Under the pieces are notes generated by a model. The model had not been told where the DNA came from and did no database searches. It saw only the letters and a program-made list of their open reading frames with translations. Made by a program: the position numbers and the translations under genes. Source: Myxococcota bacterium (GTDB taxonomy: Bacteria > Myxococcota_A > Polyangia > Nannocystales > Nannocystaceae). From it: a stretch of DNA of 47,252 nucleotides. Shown piece after piece: positions 17,212 to 28,243 of this stretch (positions within the stretch are counted from its first letter, which is position 1; every line of letters begins with the position of its first letter). Location: assembly GCA_039028615.1 (NCBI GenBank), contig JBCCHT010000063.1, forward strand, positions 1 to 47,252, in the 5' to 3' direction.

Positions 17212-18159
17212 TCACAGCTTCCACTCGAAACCGGTTTCCTTCTCGCTCCGTTCCCAGAGTCTCGTCATGACGGCTTTGTCGTGGGCGTGGGGCTCCAGCG
17301 TGCCCCTGCCCACGGGACCGACCCACTCCATCCGTCCCGTCGGACCGAAGAGGGCGCGCTGCTCCAGACCCTCCTGCGTCGCGCACATGACCTCTGGATA
17401 CGCGCCCTTCTCGGCGGTCTGAACCATCGGAGACATCGCCATGAGCCGGAACATGATCCGCATGGCCAAGCTACCGCTCGTGTCGATGAGCGAGGTCGCG
17501 GACGACCCGGGGTGACAGACATAGACTTCGACGTCCTTGCTGGTCGCCTCGATCTTGTCTTGAAGTTCATAGGCGAACATCATCTGCGCCAGCTTGCTCT
17601 GGCTGTAGACCGGGTTGGCGCTGTAGTTGCCGTCCCAGTTCATGTCGTCGAACTGGATCGTCTTGATCCCCATCTTGTAGCCCAAGCTCGCGACCACCAC
17701 GATACGGCCCCTCGACTCTTCGACCCGCTCGAAGAGCAGCCCGCACAGCAGGAAGTGACCATAGTGGTTCGTGCCGAGCTGGCTCTCGAACCCATCGACG
17801 GTGAGCTTTTGCTTGGGCACCTGGGCAATGGCCGCGTTGCAGATGAGGGCGTCGATCCGGGGCACCGTATCCAGGAGTTCCGCCGCGGCTTCGCGCACGC
17901 TCGACAGCGCCGCCAGGTCCATGCGTATGAAGCGGACCTCTGCCCCCTCCCCGAACTCCTCCTTCAGCTTCGCGATGGCAGCGTTGGACTTTTCGGGATT
18001 GCGGTTGAGCATCACCACCCCCGCCCCCTTCGACAGGAAGGTTCGCGCCGCCTGGAACCCGACCCCCCCGTTGGCACCGGTGATGACGAAGGTCTTTCCG
18101 GTGAGCGAGCTCAGTCGCTCCGGGGTCCAGCCGTGGGGTCCAAATGTCTTGTCTGCCAT
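17212..18159 (-). CDS. Short-chain dehydrogenase/reductase (retinol dehydrogenase/WWOX-like)
   Basis: VITGANGGVG, DLAALSSVR, CNAA, GFESQLGTNHYGHF, YSQSK (YxxxK), HPG. Confidence 0.93.
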   Translation of the reverse strand: MADKTFGPHGWTPERLSSLTGKTFVITGANGGVGFQAARTFLSKGAGVVMLNRNPEKSNAAIAKLKEEFGEGAEVRFIRMDLAALSSVREAAAELLDTVPRIDALICNAAIAQVPKQKLTVDGFESQLGTNHYGHFLLCGLLFERVEESRGRIVVVASLGYKMGIKTIQFDDMNWDGNYSANPVYSQSKLAQMMFAYELQDKIEATSKDVEVYVCHPGSSATSLIDTSGSLAMRIMFRLMAMSPMVQTAEKGAYPEVMCATQEGLEQRALFGPTGRMEWVGPVGRGTLEPHAHDKAVMTRLWERSEKETGFEWKL

Positions 18160-18312
18160 CTCAGGTCTCCCGCCAGCCAGTGCGAATCGGGTCTCGCCCG
18201 CCAGCTCGTGTCCCAAACCTAGGCGCTACGCGACGACACTCTACTGTCTCCGCGCGCCAATTCCCTGCCTCCACGCGCCAGCTCGACCGAAGGCGTCGGG
18301 CCGAGGCCTCCC

Positions 18313-19476
18313 TCAGGTCGACGAAGGGCGCTCGACCACCAGCAGGCAACACAGCGCGAGCTGCCCGGACACCGACACCACGTAGTGCGCGAAGACGTCG
18401 GTGATCACCAGCTCGAGACCGATCGCGAGCGCGGTGAGGCCCACCAGCATCGCCCACGCCGATCCACGCCCCCGCAGCGACTTGGCCAGGGCGTCCCACC
18501 GCCGAGCCAGGAACAGGCTGATGGCCATCACCACCGTACTCAGCCCGGCGAAGGCCCACGACGACAGCGCGTGCGTGTCGACGAGCCAGACGACCACGGC
18601 GATCACGGCGTAGTGCACGGGCACCACGGCCAAGCTGCTGATCCCCCGCAAGCTGATGCGACCGGCCAAGCCCGCCGAGGGAGCCGCGAGCAACGACACG
18701 CCGGAGCCGAGCGCCAGGGCCACCATGCCCGAGACGAAGAACACCTTGGAGACCGTGCCCCAGCGCATCATGTTTGCGCCGCGAATCGCCAGCCACCACA
18801 CCACCGCCAAGCCGACGACCCCGAGCGCCAGCACGACCCATGTGATCACGCGTCGACGCTCGAGCACCAGCTCTTGCTTGCGCTGAAGCAACACCCCCGC
18901 CGAGAACCCGGCCAGCGCATACGCGACCCAAGGCAGCACGGGATACGAGAAGCCAGGGGGCGAGCCCAGCCCCGCGAGCCAGTGGAGCATGGTGGGCGCC
19001 TGGCCCGGCCCCACCGCATCGACCAGGCGAGGCGTCACCCCGTAGCGGAGCGCAGCCACCAGGACGACACCGACCAAGGGCCAGATCCACCCGACCCGCC
19101 ATCGACGCAGCGGCTCGAGCAACAGCATGCACAGCGCGATGAAGCCGAGGAAGTTCAGGCCGATCCACGTCTCGGGGCTCAGCCACATCAGCGCGTCGGC
19201 CAGCAGGAGGATCCAGACCTTGCGCAGGAACCCGAACGCATGCCCACCGCGCTTGCGGGGTAGCTCGCTCTGAATTCCATAGCCGATCCCCGTGGTGGCG
19301 AAGAACACCACTGGCGCGTAGCTCCCGATGATGAACAGCGCGCCCATCAGCGGGTCCTCGCGCTGCACCGCGGTCAGCCACTTCGCCGCCGCATGGTTGT
19401 AGACCATGATGATGCCCGCGATCCCGCGCAGGACATCGAGCTCGACCCATTTTGTTCGCTTCGAAGGTGCGCCCAC
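18313..19476 (-). CDS. HGSNAT/DUF1624-like multi-pass membrane protein (acyltransferase-like)
   Basis: ELDVLRGIAGIIMVYNH, APVVFF..GIG, YPVLPW motifs; about 10 hydrophobic helices. Confidence 0.75.
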   Translation of the reverse strand: MGAPSKRTKWVELDVLRGIAGIIMVYNHAAAKWLTAVQREDPLMGALFIIGSYAPVVFFATTGIGYGIQSELPRKRGGHAFGFLRKVWILLLADALMWLSPETWIGLNFLGFIALCMLLLEPLRRWRVGWIWPLVGVVLVAALRYGVTPRLVDAVGPGQAPTMLHWLAGLGSPPGFSYPVLPWVAYALAGFSAGVLLQRKQELVLERRRVITWVVLALGVVGLAVVWWLAIRGANMMRWGTVSKVFFVSGMVALALGSGVSLLAAPSAGLAGRISLRGISSLAVVPVHYAVIAVVVWLVDTHALSSWAFAGLSTVVMAISLFLARRWDALAKSLRGRGSAWAMLVGLTALAIGLELVITDVFAHYVVSVSGQLALCCLLVVERPSST

Positions 19477-19659
19477 GGAACGGTCGGCATCCTAGCAGGC
19501 CCCGGCTGTCACGCCCGCGTTGGTGATTTTGTTCATCCCCTGTGACTTCTGATCGGTTCGCCGGTTGCTTCGACCACGGTGAACACCCGGGAAATCGAGA
19601 GTACGGGTGGGTCCTGCTCCGATGGTAACCTACCGCCGTAGTGACACTGCCGAGGTGAG

Positions 19660-21330
19660 ATGACCGGACGAGAAGTACAGCCGCCCGAGTTCATTCGTGA
19701 CCTGCTCGGCGAAGTCCTGGGCGAGCGCCTGGCGTGCTGGACCACCGGGCAACACCAGTGCTCGGTACGGGTCGGCGTCGAGGACCCGACGGGTGAGGCC
19801 TACGAGGGTTTGTTCTTCGACCTGGACAGTGAGTACGGGGTGCATCACCTCGGCACCGTCTGGGAAATTTACAGCGGAGGACGACCGCGGCTGGGGCACG
19901 CGTGGGACGACAACGAGGAAGACCAGTTCGCGGACCCGCTGCCATTCCGCGAGTGGTTGCGCGGGGAGGTGTCGGGCCTCGCACGGGGACGCTCGAGCCA
20001 CGTGGTGTTGGCAGCCTGGAGACGGCTGGCCGAACAGCTCCCCCCGTCGCCCGGCGTCGAGTCGGAGGCGCTGCGGACCGAGCTGGCCGAGGCGCTCGAG
20101 GTTGGCGAGCGATACGGTGCGAAAGGGCGTTCGTGGTTCGAGGGCGGACGCGTCGCGGAGTTGCTGCTGCGGGGACAAACGGAGGAAGACACTGCCCTTG
20201 CGGTTGCGGAGCTTCTTCCGAAGCTGGAGGGGCGGCTATACGAGCCCGCGACCGACTGGGCGAAGTTCCTGATGTACGGCGCGCGGCTTCATTCCGAGCG
20301 CGAGCTACCCCCAGGAGCGAAGGACCGGATCGGCGAGGAAGTGGGGTGGGTCTTCGACGGGATGGACGAAGGAATGCCACCGCCGCGCCTGCAGGAGTAC
20401 TGCGCGCGAGTGGCCGTGTGTGCCGAGCCTGTGCGTCGGGCGTTCAGCTCGGCATTCGTGGCTCAGGCTCGTGATCCCATGTGGCTGCACATGCTCGCCG
20501 CCGAGCTGCGGGCGGTCCCCTCGGAGATGGTGCCGCCGCTCGAGGCTGCGCTGGAGCTCGAGCCGGAGGACACCACCATCCTCAGCGCGTTGCTGGGGGC
20601 CTACCGGGAGGCAGGGCGACCGGAGGATGCCGAGGCAGTGCGCGTCACACTGGACTCGCTCACCGATGACGCGGAAGAAGCCACCGCGGTGGACTCGGAC
20701 ACACCGAGCGACGCGGACGTTCAGGGTTGGATCGACGCGTACAGCCGGCTGGCGGCCGAGTTCTCCGCATCGTCGCCTCGGCGCAAGGGCGACCCGGACG
20801 CACGCGGGAAAACGCTGATCGAACTCGAAGCCCGGCTCAATACCTACTGGCGGACCCATTTCGCCAACCGCCTCGATCAGTGCGTGCAACAGGGGCGATT
20901 CCTGAGTTCGGGCTCCAGCGGGTACGTGGGCTGGCTCCGCAACGAGGAACGCTACCAGGAAGCCGTCGATCACCTCGCGGCACAGCTCCGCGACGACGAA
21001 CTGAACGACCTACGTTTTCGGACCCACCGCTATGCCTTCGAGGTGCTGGTGAACAACGGCCTCGGTTCTTGCGTGGACAGCGGAGACGAGGAGCACCTGC
21101 AGATCGGGGTCGAGCTCGTGAACCGTGTGGACGCGTTTCCGATGGAGTCGAGCGACGTGCTGTACCAGGTCGCGTGCGTGCTGGCCCGCGCAGGCGATGT
21201 CGATCGGGCCCTGGTTTACGCCGAGCGTGCCGTGGCGGCGGGTGAGTCCGCGCAGGTGATGGCGAGAGATACGGATCTGGCGGCTATCCACGATCATGAG
21301 CGGTTCCGACGGCTGTTGGAACGCGAATGA
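19660..21330 (+). CDS. TPR-containing hypothetical protein
   Basis: C-terminal YQVACVLARAGDVDRAL...AVAAG...ARDTDL TPR-end motif; internal ALELEPED repeat. Confidence 0.75.
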   Translation: MTGREVQPPEFIRDLLGEVLGERLACWTTGQHQCSVRVGVEDPTGEAYEGLFFDLDSEYGVHHLGTVWEIYSGGRPRLGHAWDDNEEDQFADPLPFREWLRGEVSGLARGRSSHVVLAAWRRLAEQLPPSPGVESEALRTELAEALEVGERYGAKGRSWFEGGRVAELLLRGQTEEDTALAVAELLPKLEGRLYEPATDWAKFLMYGARLHSERELPPGAKDRIGEEVGWVFDGMDEGMPPPRLQEYCARVAVCAEPVRRAFSSAFVAQARDPMWLHMLAAELRAVPSEMVPPLEAALELEPEDTTILSALLGAYREAGRPEDAEAVRVTLDSLTDDAEEATAVDSDTPSDADVQGWIDAYSRLAAEFSASSPRRKGDPDARGKTLIELEARLNTYWRTHFANRLDQCVQQGRFLSSGSSGYVGWLRNEERYQEAVDHLAAQLRDDELNDLRFRTHRYAFEVLVNNGLGSCVDSGDEEHLQIGVELVNRVDAFPMESSDVLYQVACVLARAGDVDRALVYAERAVAAGESAQVMARDTDLAAIHDHERFRRLLERE

Positions 21331-21425
21331 CGATGCCGCCGCGCGCAGGCGTGCGGCACGAACGATCATCGTGGTGGACCGCAATGCGACGCATGTCCAC
21401 CCGCGACCGGTGCTACGGTGGAACG

Positions 21426-22556
21426 ATGGTGAAACGGACGACCTTCGCAGTCTCCGACGTCGAAGAGGCCCCCTCGCGCCTCGATGCGCTCGACCGAGAC
21501 CGGGCGTTGCGCTCGCTGCTGCATCAACCAGTGGAGGCGATGTACAGCAGCAACGCCAAGCTGGTGAAGTGCGACGACGGCAACCAGCTCGCGCGGGCCG
21601 TCCACGATGCCTTCTACGACCACCGTCCGCTCACGCTGAGCCCCGACACGATCTGGTTTTCCATCGCCAGTGGGTTCGCGAATCACATGTCGCTGCACGC
21701 CGAGACGCTGCGCGAGCGCTTCGTCAGCCACGACGGACGCCTGCTGCTGACCGTGACGCGACCCGACTTCAGCTTCGGCGGTGACAACCCTTGGCCGGAG
21801 GTCCTCGCCTCGTTCTCCGACCAGATCGCCGAGCACGTGGGTAAGGCGCGAGACCTGCTGGTCTGCGATTTCTCGACCACCGGGCCCACGCAGCGCGCCG
21901 CGAGCGAGATCCTGCTCATGGATGCCTACCAGGCGTACTTCGAGTACGAGGTGAGGATCGGTTGCGGCATTCCGCGGATCCACCTGCTCGGCACGGAAGA
22001 TGACTGGCGATCGGTTCGAGCCCGCGCCCGAGCGCTGGGCGAGTACGGCCTCGAGGCATGGGTGGAAGTGCTCGATCCGGTGTTGGAGCAGTTCGTGAGC
22101 GCCGCCCGGGGCGACGTGGACCTCTCGTTCTGGCGCTCGATGTTCCGCTACGAGAGCGGCTCGGGCCGCGCCGATCTGTCGGGATGGCTGCACACCTTGT
22201 TCCCCTACCTGAAGACCGAACGAGGCTTGGTATGGAACGACCTGATGGCCAAGTGGCCCGACGATCTCGCGGCGCTCGCCAAGCGTCGCGAGAACTGGGA
22301 CTTGCGTTTCGGGCCCGGCCTCGACGCGTTGCCCCCTGGCCTCTCCAGCGCGCCCGTGCGCGTGTCCGACCTCGCCACTGGGGAGACACACGACATGCGC
22401 TTCATTGCCGGGCTGTTCGGCGTCACCGAGGATCCCGAGGACGGGGCGTTGGCGCCGGAGTTCGGCTGGGCGTTGGTCCACGGGAAAGGCACGGGCAAGC
22501 GCTTCTCGTACTCGGAGAAGATGCGCGAGGAAAATCCTGAACTATTCGGAGAGTAG
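21426..22556 (+). CDS. DUF4419 domain protein
   Basis: AFYDHRPLTLSPDTIW, CDFSTTG, LMDAYQAYFEY...CGIP.I.LLGT.EDW motifs. Confidence 0.88.
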   Translation: MVKRTTFAVSDVEEAPSRLDALDRDRALRSLLHQPVEAMYSSNAKLVKCDDGNQLARAVHDAFYDHRPLTLSPDTIWFSIASGFANHMSLHAETLRERFVSHDGRLLLTVTRPDFSFGGDNPWPEVLASFSDQIAEHVGKARDLLVCDFSTTGPTQRAASEILLMDAYQAYFEYEVRIGCGIPRIHLLGTEDDWRSVRARARALGEYGLEAWVEVLDPVLEQFVSAARGDVDLSFWRSMFRYESGSGRADLSGWLHTLFPYLKTERGLVWNDLMAKWPDDLAALAKRRENWDLRFGPGLDALPPGLSSAPVRVSDLATGETHDMRFIAGLFGVTEDPEDGALAPEFGWALVHGKGTGKRFSYSEKMREENPELFGE

Positions 22557-22613
22557 GTCGACCACTGCGGCCTCGGGGAGTCGACGCCCCCTGAGCAATA
22601 CGTCTCGCTCGGC

Positions 22614-25418
22614 TCAACGGTCCCCGAGCGCGGTCAGTTGGCGTGCAGCGATGTCTTCGACTTCGGCCGCTCCGCCCCTGCGGGCGGACTCGAGGCTCGC
22701 CTCGAGTGCCTTTCGAGCCGCGACTTCATTCCCCGCATCCTTCTCGATCATCCCTAGCTGTAGCTGCACCCGCGCGAGATTGGCGGGGTCGGCCCCTCCT
22801 GCCACCGCCACCGCAATCGCCCGCGTGACGGCCCCCCGCGCCTCGCCGTAGCGCCTCAGGGCAGCCAACGCGCTCGCCAGCTTCGACAGCGCCGGGCCCA
22901 GCTGCACCGAGTCCACCCCGTACGCAACCTCGAGGTCCCTCAGCGCCCGGTTGATCGGCTCGATCGCATCTTCGGGGCGCCCCTGTTTGATCGCCAGCGC
23001 GCCGACGTTGTCCCAAAGCAGCGCGTAGCCGAGTTCGTCAGTGCGTCCTTCGGCCTCGAGCGCCGCCACGATCGGCTCGAGCACGGTGCCCGCCTCTTCG
23101 ATCAACGCCTCACGTCGCTCTCGGTCCCAGGTCTGAGACAACAGGGCCGATCCGAGGTTGGAGGCGACGCGCACGGTCGGCGGCGCCGCGGGCCCGGCAT
23201 AGCGACGATGCAGACGCAGCGACTCGCGGAAGCTCGCGGCCGCGTCCTCGGGTTGCCGCATGGCCAGCTGCACCGTCCCCCGCCCGTCGAGCAGCTTTGC
23301 CATCGAAGGATGCTCCGGCCCGTACACGCGCTCGTTGATCTCGATCGCCTCGGTAACGACCGCCATCGCCTCGTCATAGCGCTGAAGTCGGCGTAGCGGC
23401 GACGAGAGGTTGTCGAGGAAGTTGATCGTGGTCGGGTGCTCGTCCCCCAGCTCCTCCCGCGCCAGCGCGACCGCCCGCATGCCCTCGGCCGCTCCCGCCT
23501 CGTAGTCCTCGCGCTGCTGATGGCTGGCCATGCGCGCCGACGCGAGCAGCAGCCGCAAGCGCACGGGCGGCTCACGCCCTTCCACCGCCGCCTCGGCGAG
23601 CAACAGCACGCGGTCGGCCTCGTCGACGCGCGTGAGCCCACTGAGCACGACCGATAGCCGCGCGGCCACCCGCGCGAGCAAGCGTGAGTCCCCGCTGCGC
23701 ACCGCCGAAGCGAGCGCGCCGTCGAAACGAGCCACCGCCGTCTTCGAGTCGTCGTGCGTCTCGGCCAGTCGGGCCTCCGCAAGCTGGAGACGCGCCTGTA
23801 GATCGGGCTCACCCGCAGCCTCGATCCGCGGACCCAGCCCATCGAGTTCACGCCGCGCGTCGTCGTCCTGCCACAACGCGATCGTGGCCTCGAGCGCATC
23901 GAGCCGACCCGTGAGTTCCGCGCGGGTCCGAGGGTCATCGACCGACGGAGGCAAGGCTGTCGCGCTCGCACACTCGGAAGGGTCGGGAAGGTCGGCCACC
24001 GCCTCGATCACCCGGGGCCGCCCGCGCTCGCCGACGTTCTGCACTGCCGCCACGACGGCCTCGAAGCGCCGACGATCCGCCCGCAAGCACGCGCGTCGAG
24101 CCGCGGTCGCATCCTCGTCAACCGCCGCGCGGCAGGCCGCGTCCTCCTCCTCGGACCACGCCCGCGCGTAGCGATCGAGCATCGTAGTCACTCGCGTAGT
24201 CGTGACCTCGGCGTACGGGACGTCGCCCGACAGCGCGGCATGGATCCCCTGGCGTGCCGCATCGTTCCAGGTCTCACCGATCACGGCCGTTCCGTCGCAT
24301 CCGGCGACCGGGGCACGCCCCACGCTCCACGCCACGGCACTGCTGATGCCGACCACGGCCAACGCCGCGCCAACTCGACGAGGTGCCCGCCAAGGGTCGT
24401 GCTGCAGCGCATCGATCAGCGCCTCCACGTCACCGTAGCGTGCCGCCGGATCGGTCGATAGACCGCGCCGCAACACTCGAAGGATCCGGGCAGGCACCCG
24501 AGAGCCCTCCGTGGGCTCCCAGCGTGGCTCCTCATCCGCGAATGGTGCGAGCACGCCCAACGCCGCGATCGGGTTGTGGCCATAGAGCACCTCGAACAGG
24601 CTCACGCACAGCGCATACTGGTCCGCTTTGGGGCTGGCCTCCCCGCGCCACTGCTCCGGGGCCATGTACGCAGGTGTCCCGAGGACCGCGCCGTGCTCGG
24701 TCTGCCCGTGCACAGACCCCGGAGCAGGACCGTCCCCGTCCTGGGTCGGAGGTTCGGCCGCGAGACGGGCCAGACCGAAGTCGGCGACGCGAACGCGCCC
24801 CTGCGTATCGATGAGGACATTCGCGGGCTTGAAGTCGCGGTGCACCACCCCCGCGGCATGGGCCGCCGCGAGCCCTCGGCCTGCCTGCACGAACACATCG
24901 ACGATCGACCGCCAGCTGTGTTGCCGTGCTTTCGCCCAGGCGACCACCGACCCACCGTCGACGTACTCCATCGCCACGAACAGCCGCGACGCGCCACTGG
25001 TGGGATCCTCATGGTGCCCGACCTCGTGGATCGTCACCACGTGGGGATGCGAGAGACGAGCCATCACGCTCGCCTCTCGCAACAGACGATCGAGCCCGTC
25101 CTCGGTGGGACGGCGGCGATGGAGCTTGAGCGCGACGCTTCGCTGCAGGGCGATGTCCGTGGCCCGGTACACCAGCCCCATGCCTCCGGTCCCGATCAGC
25201 TCGTCGATCCGATAGGCCCCTGCCACGAGCGTGCCCGGGCTCAGCGGAAACAGCTCGGGCGAGGGCTCGATGACTGGCGCTGCGGCGACTTCCCGCAACA
25301 GCGCCTCGATCTCGTCGGAGCCGATGGTCGACCGGTTCGCCACTCCCCCGATGCTATGTCCGGACGGAGGGGTGATCGAATTCCATCCCATGGGATCGTC
25401 GTCGTGCGACCGGGTCAC
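22614..25418 (-). CDS. Hanks-type Ser/Thr kinase with transmembrane segment and C-terminal TPR array
   Basis: IGTGGMGLVY, VALK, HRDFKPANV, DFG, GTPAYMAPEQ; repeated G.EHP TPR motifs. Confidence 0.93.
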   Translation of the reverse strand: MTRSHDDDPMGWNSITPPSGHSIGGVANRSTIGSDEIEALLREVAAAPVIEPSPELFPLSPGTLVAGAYRIDELIGTGGMGLVYRATDIALQRSVALKLHRRRPTEDGLDRLLREASVMARLSHPHVVTIHEVGHHEDPTSGASRLFVAMEYVDGGSVVAWAKARQHSWRSIVDVFVQAGRGLAAAHAAGVVHRDFKPANVLIDTQGRVRVADFGLARLAAEPPTQDGDGPAPGSVHGQTEHGAVLGTPAYMAPEQWRGEASPKADQYALCVSLFEVLYGHNPIAALGVLAPFADEEPRWEPTEGSRVPARILRVLRRGLSTDPAARYGDVEALIDALQHDPWRAPRRVGAALAVVGISSAVAWSVGRAPVAGCDGTAVIGETWNDAARQGIHAALSGDVPYAEVTTTRVTTMLDRYARAWSEEEDAACRAAVDEDATAARRACLRADRRRFEAVVAAVQNVGERGRPRVIEAVADLPDPSECASATALPPSVDDPRTRAELTGRLDALEATIALWQDDDARRELDGLGPRIEAAGEPDLQARLQLAEARLAETHDDSKTAVARFDGALASAVRSGDSRLLARVAARLSVVLSGLTRVDEADRVLLLAEAAVEGREPPVRLRLLLASARMASHQQREDYEAGAAEGMRAVALAREELGDEHPTTINFLDNLSSPLRRLQRYDEAMAVVTEAIEINERVYGPEHPSMAKLLDGRGTVQLAMRQPEDAAASFRESLRLHRRYAGPAAPPTVRVASNLGSALLSQTWDRERREALIEEAGTVLEPIVAALEAEGRTDELGYALLWDNVGALAIKQGRPEDAIEPINRALRDLEVAYGVDSVQLGPALSKLASALAALRRYGEARGAVTRAIAVAVAGGADPANLARVQLQLGMIEKDAGNEVAARKALEASLESARRGGAAEVEDIAARQLTALGDR

Positions 25419-25430
25419 GAGCTCGCCGTC

Positions 25431-28151
25431 CTACAGCAACGTGGACTGCACCATCGACCCCTCTGCCGGGTTCCAGCACATCTGGAACTGCGGCTGAGGC
25501 GGCCAGACCGGGGTGTAGAAGCCCCCGAACGTCATCTGCTCGGTCACGCCGGGCGGGGTGGCGGGTGACTGCTGCTCGAAGTGCAGGTGCGGACCCGTCG
25601 AGCATCCGGTTGTCCCCGACAACCCGAGGAGGTCGCCGCGCTCCACCTCGTCACCGATCTCCACCACGACCCCGCCGACGTTGAAGTGCACGTACACCGC
25701 GAAGGTGCCGTCGATGTGCTGGACGACGACCGTGTTGCCGACGGGTACGCAACCCCATCCCCCCGGAGGTCGCGGAGTGGCCACGGGCGGGATCAAGGTC
25801 GGATCCGTGCTGCACCAGGGGACGCCCGCTTGCAGCATGTCGAGGCACTGGGCCTCTCCCCGCCACTCGCCCTCGAACACGTTGACCACCGTCCCCGGTC
25901 GAGCCGCCAAGACGAAGCTGGTCAGCGGCAGGTCGAAGTCGAACGCGTACTGCCCCGGTGACCCCACCGCATGCGACTTGGTGGGAACGGACATGTTGCC
26001 CTGCGTCACCTCGAGCCAGCCCTGCAGGAACCCGAAGGGCAGCGCGTAGTACGAGTCCACCAGCGCGGGGAAGGCCCCACAGTCCGCCACCCGGTCGCGA
26101 ACCATCGTGGGTACGTCGCACGAGTACGCGAACTCGTAGGGCCCGTCTTGACCGATCACATGGGGCCAGCGCACCGGGGACCTCGACACCGCGCCCGTGT
26201 CGAAGAAGCTCGACCCACTGGTGTCCAGCGGCTCATCGTACACCGCGACCCCGTCTCCTTCATTGATGGCGTACTCGATGCTCGCCGTGGACCACTGCTG
26301 CAGCATCGAGCCCACCTGCTGCTGCTCCGCACGGTAGCCCTGGGCATGCGCCGTCAGGGTCGTGTTGGCGAGGATGGAAGGAAAGCCGCTGGTGTCCTCC
26401 ACGCCGTCGAGCACGGCTCGCTGGTAGAACGCGGGCGAGGTCTGGTGAAGCTCGAAGATTTCCCGGTCGAACTCCAGCTCGCACGCCGACCCCTGAGCCA
26501 CGCGCCGCACGGGATAGCTCTCCGTGGGCTCGACCGTGGTGATGCACGGGATCGTGTTGCCGCAGCTCTGCTCGACCAGCTCGACCTCGAGCCCCGTCAG
26601 CGGCGACCCGGAGTGATACCAGTCGATCGGCACCGGCTCCTCGTTCGGCCCCAACGACGCCGCGAGCTGAACCTGCACCCCGTCGTAGTCCGCGACGATC
26701 CGCAGCCCTCGGGAGAGCCCGAACTCCTCCTCGCAGCCGTAGGCCACCGCGGCCAGCCGCCCCCCCTCCTCGAGGTGCGCCGTGCCGGGCTGAGGCCAAT
26801 CGCCACGAAGGTAGCCCGCGATGTCGTGCACCACCGACGCGGGCTGCCCCGGGTCGAAGGGCTGGATGGGAGGCGCGTAGCCGAGCTGAAGGCAGGGCAG
26901 CAGCGGCTTGGGCTCGACGTATCCCGCCACGCCATCGACCACCTCCACCCCAGTGGCGAACAGCGTGTCCCCGATCGAATGACCCGACAGCGCGACCGTC
27001 ATGCCCTCGGCCACGGGCACGGACCCGGAGGGCAGCGTCGCGAACATGCCTTCGTCGAGCTGGACCACCCCGCGGGCATCCGGCGTGCCGGTCACGGAAG
27101 CGACCCACTCCACGTCCGTCTGAACCTGCTCGCACAGGCCCGCCAGCGACTCGACCGGGCCCTCGAACGCATCGACCAGCGCTTGCGCCCGGCTCTGGAT
27201 CCCGTGCACGCGCACCATGAAGGCCGTGCCCGCGAGCCCCTCTTCGTCGGGTTCGTACACGTTCGCCGCGTGGGCTCCGATCGCATCCGAGGATCCACTG
27301 AGCGACGTCGCGGTGGCCATCGCGGAGTCCTGCGCCGCCCCCAGCCACTTCAGCGCTCCGCAGGCTTCCCCCTGCTCCACCAACGGCTCCAGCCCCCGTA
27401 GCTGCTCCCCCGTCATCGCGGCCATCGCTGCCGTCTCGGCCAACGAATCCAACCCTTCGGTCTCCACCAACGCGTTGATCTCGGTCTCCACCTCGGCCGC
27501 CGCCTCGGACAGCGACCGGGTGAGCGCCCCGGGACTCGCGACCAGCTGCGCCGCCGAGCAACCCGAGGCGACCGCGGACAGCACCGTGCCTGCGCACGCA
27601 TCGTCGGTGTCGAGCACCCCGTCACCATCGGCGTCGGCGGGCTCGGCTTGCGGACACTCGCACGCGGAGCCGTAGACCTCTGGATCGAGCGTCGACCCCC
27701 CGGGCACGGCGATCGATCCGAGGCACGCGAGTTGCTCCCCTTCTTGCTCCTCTCCCCCCTCTTCGTCGTCGCTGCACGACTCCACCACGACCTCGGCCAT
27801 CCCGATCTCTTCGGAGCCTTCGATCACCGCCTCGACCAGGTACGTGCCCGGCTCCGACACCGCGAGCCGAGCGAACGGCCCCCCGCCGACCAGGCACCCC
27901 TCCGACGGACCCTCGACCAATGTCCACTCCACCTCCAATCCCGGATCGGGGGGGTGCTCCGCGGTCGTCGGGAGCGATAGCGAGACACCCTCCGCGAGGC
28001 ACTGCCCGTGCACCGCGATCTCGAGCACGGATTCCTCGCGAAACGATGACGGCTCGGGCTCTTCCGAAGGGTTGGCGGTGCAACCCGTGAGCATCCCAGC
28101 GCATAGCAGCGCGGGGCCAAGGAACGGCGTGATGGTCTGCGAATCGTTCAC
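25431..28151 (-). CDS. Large lipoprotein with a C-terminal M23 metallopeptidase domain
   Basis: MLTGC lipobox; DADGDGVLDTDDAC (TSP3-like Ca-binding); YAFDF, AARPGTV, GNTVVVQH.DG...YVH, SGTTGCSTGPHLHFE. Confidence 0.85.
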   Translation of the reverse strand: MNDSQTITPFLGPALLCAGMLTGCTANPSEEPEPSSFREESVLEIAVHGQCLAEGVSLSLPTTAEHPPDPGLEVEWTLVEGPSEGCLVGGGPFARLAVSEPGTYLVEAVIEGSEEIGMAEVVVESCSDDEEGGEEQEGEQLACLGSIAVPGGSTLDPEVYGSACECPQAEPADADGDGVLDTDDACAGTVLSAVASGCSAAQLVASPGALTRSLSEAAAEVETEINALVETEGLDSLAETAAMAAMTGEQLRGLEPLVEQGEACGALKWLGAAQDSAMATATSLSGSSDAIGAHAANVYEPDEEGLAGTAFMVRVHGIQSRAQALVDAFEGPVESLAGLCEQVQTDVEWVASVTGTPDARGVVQLDEGMFATLPSGSVPVAEGMTVALSGHSIGDTLFATGVEVVDGVAGYVEPKPLLPCLQLGYAPPIQPFDPGQPASVVHDIAGYLRGDWPQPGTAHLEEGGRLAAVAYGCEEEFGLSRGLRIVADYDGVQVQLAASLGPNEEPVPIDWYHSGSPLTGLEVELVEQSCGNTIPCITTVEPTESYPVRRVAQGSACELEFDREIFELHQTSPAFYQRAVLDGVEDTSGFPSILANTTLTAHAQGYRAEQQQVGSMLQQWSTASIEYAINEGDGVAVYDEPLDTSGSSFFDTGAVSRSPVRWPHVIGQDGPYEFAYSCDVPTMVRDRVADCGAFPALVDSYYALPFGFLQGWLEVTQGNMSVPTKSHAVGSPGQYAFDFDLPLTSFVLAARPGTVVNVFEGEWRGEAQCLDMLQAGVPWCSTDPTLIPPVATPRPPGGWGCVPVGNTVVVQHIDGTFAVYVHFNVGGVVVEIGDEVERGDLLGLSGTTGCSTGPHLHFEQQSPATPPGVTEQMTFGGFYTPVWPPQPQFQMCWNPAEGSMVQSTLL

Positions 28152-28243
28152 GGGCCGGTGGTGATCCGGCGCGACCGATGTGACACGCTCGACCAGAAAA
28201 AAGACGAAACTCGGTCGAAACAGCGTTTGATACAGTCGTACCG